Shown one piece after another: positions 58,801 to 64,000 of a DNA stretch of 64,000 nucleotides (position 1 is the first letter of the stretch; each line of letters begins with the position of its first letter). The position numbers were made by a program, and so were the translations under genes. The DNA is from Phoronis australis (lineage: Eukaryota; Animalia; Phoronida). The notes beneath the pieces were generated by a model. The model saw nothing but the letters and a program-made list of their open reading frames with translations. It did no database searches and was not told the DNA's origin. The DNA lies in contig NMRA01000781.1 in NCBI GenBank assembly GCA_002633005.1, forward strand, positions 72,613-136,612, read 5' to 3'.

Positions 58801-61776
58801 AACTGTGACTAGCAAGTACACGGTCGCAATACAGTGTGTGTAGTTCGAAGATTCACCTACAGGACAGACATCCATCAAGTGGAGAGTCCTAGCTTGGATA
58901 GCAGATAACACATTCGATTATTTTGATTGGTTGATTCAAGTAATCTTTAAAGAGGGCGCTAGCATAGTTACTCTTCTTTGTAGTTGATTACTTTATTAGC
59001 AACAGGTTTCACTTTTTTAATTAGTGGTTATCATATTATAAATGAATTACTGGATTTAATCATTCTTTCTCCATCTACGCACAGTCTCAAAGCATAACTA
59101 CCTTTTAAACAAACCCACAGTGTGTGGTTAGAAATTGACAAATTGTGAATGCATGCCAGTGTGTGGTTGGAAATTGATAAATTGTGAATACATGTCTGTC
59201 ATGTTAAATATTTGAGCATGTTTTACAAAAAGGAGCATATAAGTTACTCCTTTGTTTAGTTTTACATATTTTTCCATTATTTCTAACGAAATGTGTAACC
59301 AAGTCTTTATTTGATGTCAGTGTACCTTCAAGGGCACTAATTTTTCATGGAACAAATTCGAGGCATTTTCGAAAGAAAGTTGACACTAGTCGCTTTTGCA
59401 CCATTTATGGCATAGCTTAGAGCTCACTAATAGTTTCAGCTGAGTATGTAGTGTAAACACAGACTACAGAGCTGTAAGACATTTCTAGGACATTTTAGCC
59501 CTGATGTTAGTTCAGTCTAAACAGACTATTACTAAGAATATCAAACCTTCATTCACTGAAGTTTGGTGTTGAGCTGAAATGCTTCACTACTATTTCATTT
59601 CATTTTTGGATAACATTCCTGTTTTTTCTCAGAAAAGCAAGGCAATACCAAACCTTTCCAGAAAATAGATGGTTACATTACAGAATACAAAATCAGTCAT
59701 AAGTATATTTACTAAACTCTAGACAGCTAATATATAAAGACCCTATGGATGTTATCTTAAAGTCTGTTGGCATGCTAGTTTTAGGGGCTAGGCAGGAAGT
59801 TTTCCTCTAAAATTATTGTTGGTTACCGTGACAATTTGCTAGATCTACCTGAGTGTATGTTGTGTATTTGACAGCAAAATGTGGTCATACATTTTCATCT
59901 CTGTGATAGAAAGTTCATTTTTAAATCCTGTGTTCTTCAAAACAAGTTTCTGTGTGGTCAATAGAGCAGAAACTTAAATTCGCAGTTTCTGATTAATTAA
60001 ATCCAGCTGTTTCACCCCAAAAGTTTCTGTGTCGGAATTCCTAGGGTAATATTTTTCCCCACCAGTCTAGGTAACGCCATGGTGGTTGTGCCTATAGTGT
60101 CTCCTTGGTTCTCAAAAGCACTAACCAGACTCTACCACAGCACTAACCAGACTCTACCACAGCACTAACCAGACTCTACCACAGCACTAACCAGACTCTA
60201 CCACAGCACTAACCAGACTCTACCACAGCACTACATGCTTCCTTTCATTGTTTGTTGCTCAGTTGTAATTTTTATGGCATGTAAATCGCTAAAACTGCAT
60301 TAATAAATTAGTAACTACATTCACTATTAGCAAGCTGCCATAAGGTCTAAAATTAAGTGCTTAAAATGTTTCACTTGCTACAATTATGTTGTGGAATCGG
60401 TATTTGTCATAAGACGGTGTTCTGCTCAACATTGTATAATGTTTTTACTTTCATTGTTTGGATGTGCTATCTAGTAAAACACCATTTGGAAAACTTCCTG
60501 TTATTTGTTGCAACATAATCACTCTTTAAAATGGTGTTTTTGGAAATACTCTGTGTGAAGAAGTGAAAGACCATAATTTGAAATCTGTTTTTACTTTCAG
60601 CACCTCATAAGCCAAGACTCCGAACTAAGAGTTTTACTTCATTGAAAGAATCCGACAAGCTGTCGGCATCCACAGAGACAGTGGGCCATGTCAAAATTCA
60701 GAAGAATGACGCGGTGGATTTTTTTAATCCCAATGAACGGTATGTGCTGACCGATATTGTATGTCACTTAGTATAATGAATGGTATGTGCTGACTGATAC
60801 TGTAGGTCACTTACTATAATGAACAGTATGTGCTGACTGATATTGTATGTCACTTAGTATAATGAATGGTATGTGCTGACTGATATTGTATGTCACTTAG
60901 TATAATGAACAGTATATTCTGACTGATATAGTATGTCACTTAATATAATGAATGGTATGTGCTGAGTGGTACTGTAGGTCACTTACTATAATGAACAGTA
61001 TGTGCTGACTGATACCGTATGCCACTTAGTTCAACGAATCTCATCTTTGACAAAGTTACAGTTCTTTTGACTTCTACCAGACTGGTGTTCTCCACAACTC
61101 GAAATGCACTTGTCGGAAATTACAAAATTCCTGTTTGTGTTTGAAAGTCCTTGTTGACACTGTGTGGAGTTTGTGTGTTAAATCTTGCAATAGATGTGCT
61201 AAACTGGCGCCAAAAGTACAAAATGTCCTAATTTGCTTTAAACTGTCCATTCTCCTAATACTGAAAACTTATTGTATGCGTTTTCAAACTGAACACAGGT
61301 AAGCCAAATTCGCTATAGGAAAATTCAAACTTGACGCAGCAACGTGAAGACATATAATGCTAAGTTGGTGTTGCATAATGTATCATGTTGTTAGTGAACA
61401 TTGATCATGGTAACTTTACAGTGATGATGACAGTGCAGAAGATCGAACAGTTCTGGCGCCGAAAATTCTAAAGAATGTAGAAAACAGTATAGAATACAAA
61501 AAGTCGCTCAGCCTGGAGCAGACAAAGATCACTACTGCAGTTCCTGTACCCTTACCCAAGTCCTGCTCAGAGGGCGCGCTGGGGTTATCCGAGACACGTG
61601 TACGGGTGAACTCTGACTCTAAGAAAAAAGGTGGTCTGTTCAAGCGACCACCGGTGAAAGTTGAAGAAGATGAGGGCTCCAGTCCAGAGTCTACGAATGG
61701 TGAAGAAAAGAGAAAAAAGAAGAAGACACTACTGCCAAGCTTTCTCAAACGAGATGTCAAAAGCAAAAATTGTTAA
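16775..61776 (+). CDS. STIM1: STIM homologue (stromal interaction molecule), multi-exon gene; 5' signal-peptide exon(s) not identified
   Basis: Hand-spliced GT-AG exons give EF-hand (LHGQLDDDHNGNVDLSESDEFIREEL), SAM (VHNWTVDDVVDWLVHHVELPQY), TM (KDLALVASLVIAVGGCWFAY), SOAR/CAD (LQQWLQLTHEIE…KLRKKRQAFLGSFRVAH…[22 protein letters not shown]) and a polybasic C-terminus, all diagnostic of the STIM family. The symbol is family-level; an invertebrate STIM is co-orthologous to STIM1/STIM2. Confidence 0.97.
16953..17320. repeat. 16-bp minisatellite (actgcatggtgtgtac)n
   Basis: About 20 copies beginning ~55 bp after the EF-hand exon; source of six spurious ORFs. Confidence 0.95.
19807..19927 (+). CDS. 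STIM1: STIM exon: hidden EF-hand
   Basis: ttgcag|TTTATC…CAAG|gtacaa; FIREELKYENGFERQSNFHAQGHDKLISVTDLWNLWTHSQ; phase 0 to 1. Confidence 0.95.
20950..21740 (+). pseudogene. THAP-domain transposase N-terminal part; in-frame stop at 21403-21405; catalytic domain missing
   Basis: MPHCCCVLGYTN…LHRFP…W…RVCGKHF…LKKVVIPSV is a THAP fold (second Cys replaced by Tyr); ORF 21457 is in the same frame and gives FIVDLSKVLELFRRCQVCG…WECVAGHSGKWDS. Confidence 0.85.
21740..22043 (-). pseudogene. KolX-like / P2X7-C-terminal-like Cys-rich protein, N-terminal part only
   Basis: ATG at 22043; YMFEPEY…RRGDISWCKCTVCVVMPTSMECLCCSE matches the YxFEP…WCxCxxCxxMxTxxECxCCxE motif. Confidence 0.78.
22907..23080. repeat. 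~35-bp tandem repeat
   Basis: cattatactcagtaaccattgataatctacttgga, about 4 copies. Confidence 0.85.
23485..23596 (+). CDS. STIM1: STIM exon: SAM domain N-terminal part
   Basis: cttgtag|TGCAC…CCCAG|gtactc; VHNWTVDDVVDWLVHHVELPQYVSVFRNNAVDGKALPR with the conserved NWT sequon; phase 1 to 2. Confidence 0.95.
24445..24690 (+). mobile_element. tRNA-derived SINE
   Basis: A-box-like TGGCCTGGTTG (~24457), B box GGTTCAAGTCC (~24500), no cloverleaf, ends in an attattatt/T-rich tail. Confidence 0.65.
25440..26520 (+). mobile_element. Second Penelope-like element (RT thumb and GIY-YIG), decayed, with pseudo-LTR direct repeat
   Basis: PTDKGICLHADSDCPERYK…NGY (25569-25740); VVYEFTC…NYIGHT…SRRLSVH (ORF 25833-26255); 25440-25568 is repeated at ~26335-26470. 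Confidence 0.88.
28984..29332. repeat. ~48-bp minisatellite, ~7 copies
   Basis: aactagcgcgtactcgctgagtggtcatttctggttagagctagtcact repeated. Confidence 0.93.
29549..29690. repeat. 46-bp tandem repeat, 3 copies
   Basis: ctttttgattgacgactggctcatgtctgcttacctcccattctcat. Confidence 0.9.
31712..31824 (+). CDS. Candidate diverged or alternative STIM exon at the position of the second SAM exon
   Basis: Long pyrimidine tract and tttacag|G TTA GCA continue the frame as R-LA; reads LALYQYRKHLNMSELVSRQAYVLRDVPKADIRATYRE. Possible donors are gtatgt at 31772 (phase 2) and gttagc at 31825 (phase 1); otherwise stop at 31827-31829. Lacks LFGPP. Confidence 0.45.
32595..34114. mobile_element. Non-autonomous TIR DNA element (~1.5 kb)
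   Basis: 37-bp TIR ATATGTGACCCACCACCACAAAATGAGTCTTAAGTCG with 2 mismatches to the reverse complement at 34078-34114. Confidence 0.85.
34130..36300. repeat. Diverged ~145-bp tandem array with ~440-bp higher-order period; each unit carries a GCC(A/C)CCTAGTGG motif
   Basis: Motif recurs at ~34171, 34306, 34457, 34603, 34747, 34899, 35044, 35189, 35340, 35487, 35631, 35876, 36015, 36173. Confidence 0.8.
34898..38339. repeat. 1.72-kb direct duplication across a single N (likely haplotype overlap at a contig join)
   Basis: 34898-36618 matches 36620-38339 with scattered SNPs; the junction is the n at 36619. Confidence 0.88.
36460..36618 (+). CDS. STIM1: Truncated duplicate of the STIM transmembrane exon (ends at an N; probable assembly redundancy)
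   Basis: Same sequence as 38181-38339, interrupted by n at 36619. Confidence 0.6.
38181..38355 (+). CDS. STIM1: STIM exon: transmembrane helix and start of CC1
   Basis: ctatcag|AGCTG…GAGAA|gtaggt; LHNYMKDLALVASLVIAVGGCWFAYVQHKHSQSHLKKMMKDMDTLQSAEAALVGLQEK; phase 1 to 2. Confidence 0.96.
39900..39990 (+). CDS. STIM1: STIM exon: CC1
   Basis: tttgcag|GCTA…GCACGT|gtaagt; LQHAQLEKNYVAQEKQHLEDKMKAEVESAR; phase 2 to 0. Confidence 0.92.
39987..40392. repeat. 52-bp minisatellite containing the exon 39900-39990 donor site
   Basis: acgtgtaagtctcagacttgtcttgatgaatgctgcaactgttgtgcaaatg, ~8 copies. Confidence 0.95.
40757..40843 (+). CDS. STIM1: STIM exon: CC1
   Basis: ttttag|AAAGCA…GCGCAG|gtagta; KAAEELLQAQEFTDEEMSRVKLLEEELAQ; 87 nt, phase 0-0. 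Confidence 0.92.
40844..41173. repeat. 52-bp minisatellite starting at the donor of exon 40757-40843
   Basis: gtagaagccaatcagacagtgggttacaacagtcagtgttaatgagtctgtt, ~6 copies. Confidence 0.95.
41607..42118. mobile_element. MITE with CAGGGCTTGGAATT TIR (hAT-like), apparent 6-bp TSD TTATAT
   Basis: ttatat|CAGGGCTTGGAATT…AATTCCAAGCCTTG|ttatat; GC-rich interior with CCGCGG/GCGGA motifs. Confidence 0.72.
42124..42392. repeat. ~38-bp minisatellite, ~7 copies
   Basis: acagagtctgacaatagaattggcactagataaaatc repeated. Confidence 0.92.
42580..42747 (+). CDS. STIM1: STIM exon: end of CC1 and SOAR/CAD helix 1
   Basis: gagcag|GTTCGC…GAAGGG|gtaagg; VRTALRLAERQLQCQHAFVAPDELQQWLQLTHEIELKHYNKKKHSAELELMSAKEG; 168 nt. 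Confidence 0.96.
43349..43449 (+). CDS. STIM1: STIM exon: SOAR/CAD apex
   Basis: ttacag|TGCGAG…GCCAG|gtatgt; CEKLRKKRQAFLGSFRVAHSNSIDDVDQQIIKAR; phase 0 to 2. Confidence 0.96.
43977..44292. repeat. 40-53-bp tandem repeat
   Basis: atatggcaacagtcacagcaccagtcagtatattggattgctgtcctaaacac variants. Confidence 0.9.
44541..44704 (+). CDS. STIM1: STIM exon: SOAR/CAD C-terminal helix (CC3)
   Basis: ttcccag|GCAA…CCAG|gtgagc; [54 protein letters not shown]; phase 2 to 1. Confidence 0.96.
47607..47801 (+). CDS. STIM1: Probable STIM C-terminal-region exon (195 nt, phase 1-1)
   Basis: ctctcag|CACCA…CAGG|gtaggg; open in the expected frame: APKTVSPAVEDHPSPEPQRELKSAGEFVVLKHSVPREGGLDHKVKTQPIDYKKALEAKRAKFRRQ; GC-rich island in AT-rich intron. 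Confidence 0.75.
48455..48529 (+). CDS. STIM1: Possible STIM cassette exon (75 nt, phase 1-1)
   Basis: Pyrimidine tract and caaag|CTACC…TCAG|gtcaat; ATTGSISFKNPISTVIEEKTSVVKS; weak donor. Confidence 0.55.
49234..49468. repeat. 59-bp tandem repeat, 4 copies
   Basis: aattattgcattctatggttcacttaaggtaactgccctgctctaccaacattccttgt. Confidence 0.92.
49566..49604 (+). CDS. STIM1: Possible STIM microexon (39 nt, phase 1-1)
   Basis: ttattacag|TGGCA…AGTG|gtaggg; VATSLPNLICTRS. Confidence 0.4.
52197..52292 (+). CDS. STIM1: STIM exon with acidic cluster (96 nt, phase 1-1)
   Basis: ttgcag|GCTCA…GCAG|gtgagc; GSTGSLQLHQSMPPLNITETDEFEDLPPAYAA. Confidence 0.8.
52546..55381. repeat. ~1.1-kb duplication on either side of a 600-N gap, each copy starting with a 37-bp minisatellite
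   Basis: 52546-53684 matches 54285-55381 with SNPs and a small indel. Confidence 0.88.
55565..55799. repeat. 26-bp minisatellite
   Basis: aaccagcacactcacagatcacctac, ~9 copies. Confidence 0.93.
56966..57218. repeat. 28-bp minisatellite
   Basis: gtagtgactggtgtgtcatgagattcat, ~9 copies. Confidence 0.93.
57523..57582 (+). CDS. STIM1: Probable STIM exon (60 nt, phase 1-1)
   Basis: ctgttcag|TTCTA…AGTG|gtaaat; VLHSNSQSSYSPLIQRRPKS. Confidence 0.7.
60117..60233. repeat. 23-bp tandem repeat, 5 copies
   Basis: agcactaaccagactctaccac(a). Confidence 0.92.
60601..60739 (+). CDS. STIM1: STIM penultimate coding exon
   Basis: ctttcag|CACCT…GAACG|gtatgt; APHKPRLRTKSFTSLKESDKLSASTETVGHVKIQKNDAVDFFNPNER; phase 1 to 2. 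Confidence 0.82.
60732..61030. repeat. 43-bp minisatellite containing the donor of exon 60601-60739
   Basis: aatgaa(c/t)(g/a)gtatgtgctgactgatattgtatgtcacttagtat, ~7 copies. Confidence 0.93.
61422..61776 (+). CDS. STIM1: STIM last coding exon with polybasic tail
   Basis: ctttacag|T GAT GAT GAC… open in phase 2 to TAA at 61774-61776; ends EEKRKKKKTLLPSFLKRDVKSKNC. Confidence 0.85.
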
Positions 61777-62505
61777 CTCTTCTTATACGTGGTTATGTGC
61801 ACCAAAGTTTGTGAGGACCTTTTCTTGAACAAAGGATTAAAGCTATGCATTTAGTTAAACTTTTTTGTGGAAACGGTGTTAGTATAACAGGTCATGAATG
61901 TTGGTCTTGTATGATGTGTTTTGATTATTGATGTGTGGAATGTTCAGTGACACCTGCATTAGATCTTGTTCTTCTCATCGTCAGTTATTGTCTGATTTGG
62001 AGACAAATGAGAATATCTCGGCTGTTATGTTAATTAAGGATGTCCACAATTTTAAAATGTCTGGTTATTCATAAATTTAGACAAAATTCATGTCATGTTT
62101 CAATGTCTCAGATTGAAGAGGCATTAACCGCACTAGGTGTATGTGAACATGTATAAATACAATACCAAACAGTCATGCATGGATGCTCTTCGTTATTGGT
62201 AGGGTTGATGTTACACAAAAGAGATTAAAGTCTCCCACTTACTTGGTTGGTTAGTGACGACCTAGTGCCTTATAACAGAAACGACATTAACAGAAATCTA
62301 ATTAAGATGTGTTTGGCCTTTACTCAGGGCTTTCCGTTTTCTGTGATTTAAATATATTCGTCAGTTGTACTGTACATTGTCGTAATACAAGTTAAGACAG
62401 TTGCACCTCATTTTCATCATGTTTTACACACTGAATGTTTGTTATTGGTTGGACTTTGAATTGTCTCAACTTCTGGGTGTATGTGGTGGGCTTGTTTTGT
62501 TAGTG

Positions 62506-62570
62506 GATGGGGGAACAAAGATGGCTGATGGGGGAACAAAGATGGCTGATGGGGGAACAAAGATGGCTGC
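62506..62570. repeat. 21-bp tandem repeat in the presumed 3' UTR
   Basis: gatgggggaacaaagatggct x3. Confidence 0.9.
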
Positions 62571-63907
62571 TAGTGATAGCACATGGACACCCATTTGGGA
62601 TGGTGGAATTCCCTGATCAAACCCTGTTTATAGTAGATGACATGCAAGTTCATGCTTCTAGACATTGCTAGTTGATGGCATTTAAGAGTTACCAAAGGAA
62701 GCCAGATGTTTATTTTCACTTTGTCACTCGTTTGCTGGACTAGCATACTCAAGTCAATGATGATACCGTGTCTCTGAGTTTTTGTGCCTGAAGTCACCAA
62801 GATTTCATCATGGCCACTTTGCATTATGCACTTTTGACAATTTACGTCATGTTATAACAAATTATGCGAAGGCATTTGCCTATATAGTTACTGTATTAAC
62901 TTTAGTTTCAAGTCTTTTTTAAACTGTTACACATGTTGATTTGGTTTCTACAATATATGAACAGCATTGCTTAGACCACTCCGAAATTATAAATTGCCAA
63001 ATTTAATGAAAGATTACACTAGGCTAATTGTCTGACAGTCATCTCAAGAATCAAACTGACTTAAACGTCCCCACTCACATTTGCATTCAGTATACTCTTG
63101 TGGTACCTGCGGCAGATACTCAGTTGTTTCTGTCGTACTGGCAAATGTTTAGAACAACTGCTATTGGTGATTCTTTTGTTTTCTTGCAGTGACTTGGTAT
63201 CCTGCAAAAATGCTACTTCACCAATTGACATCGCTGCATTTGAATCGTATTTACTAATGTGTTGCTACAATGTTGCCAGGACTAGCAATACATCCAACTG
63301 AATACTTGTTTGCGAAAGGCTCAATTTGCTTGAAGCATGACTAGTTGAAAGGACACTAGACCCTTTCCTATTGTGATCGTTTTCAGTTGCCCACCGTGGG
63401 TTGTACCTGTGGCTGTAATATCTCCTCGCAGAGAAAAGATTAATTCGGCACAAAAGTCCTCATGGTGTGACAATGAAAGTGACTTTGTTATTGGTGGTCT
63501 TCCCCCACAGCTCGATTAATTCACTCTAACTGTGGCTGTTTCCCCTTGATGATGAAGGAGTTAAAATCTTGTTCCAAGTCTGTGATGGATGATAACGTTT
63601 ACAGAGCACTATTTTGAGTGCAGGATTTAATTAATTTACCTATTCCTACTGTAAAAGTTCTCTGTGGCAGGATACAGTCTATAAAATTTGGTACATGGAA
63701 ATTCAAGCAGAAATTGAATTGTCTTGATTCTGAAGATTGAACACTGTAGGTTTTGGCATTCATCATTATAATATCTCAAATTTCAGATAATTCATTTTTA
63801 TATCGACAGAGCCTTAGACTTGGCAGTACATAAAATCGTCGAAAACGTCTACCAAGAGAACGTAACCTTTTTATGCATCCTTATAGTGTGTAACATCGTA
63901 ATTCTTG

Positions 63908-63996
63908 AATTTGGGAAGGCCAGTATTGCCTATATCTCAAATTTGGGAAGGCCAGTATTGCCTATATCTCAAATTTGGGAAGGCCAGTATTGCCTA
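63908..63996. repeat. ~31-bp tandem repeat, 3 copies
   Basis: aatttgggaaggccagtattgcctatatctca. Confidence 0.9.
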
Positions 63997-64000
63997 TTGT

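Noticed and set aside
58443-58972. Possible solo LTR (TGTAAC…GTTACT with an internal direct repeat)
   Set aside because: 3' end is not CA and no target-site duplication is visible.
61416-61766. 116-aa minus-strand ORF
   Set aside because: Antisense shadow of the STIM last exon.

Overview
AT-rich, intron-rich genomic DNA of an invertebrate metazoan (draft assembly with several N gaps). The window is dominated by one + strand gene, a STIM (stromal interaction molecule, ER Ca2+ sensor and Orai activator) homologue. Its coding exons can be spliced by hand in consistent phases from 16775 to the stop at 61776: EF-hand, SAM, TM, CC1, SOAR/CAD, a variable Ser/Pro/acidic region and a polybasic tail. 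The signal-peptide exon and the canonical second SAM exon (…LKAxDxVLFGPP) were not found; a phase-compatible but strongly diverged exon candidate sits at 31712. Introns carry an internally deleted Kolobok-type transposon (THAP-transposase plus convergent Cys-rich KolX-like ORF, TTAA TSD), two Penelope-like retroelement fragments, an RNase H-bearing LINE fragment, a tRNA-derived SINE, several TIR non-autonomous elements and many minisatellites. Most interesting: the diverged SAM exon, tandem duplications repeatedly anchored on STIM splice donors, a ~145-bp-period array of CTCF-like motifs, and a run of phase 1-1 cassette-compatible exons in the C-terminus. Two gap-flanking duplications are probably assembly artefacts.
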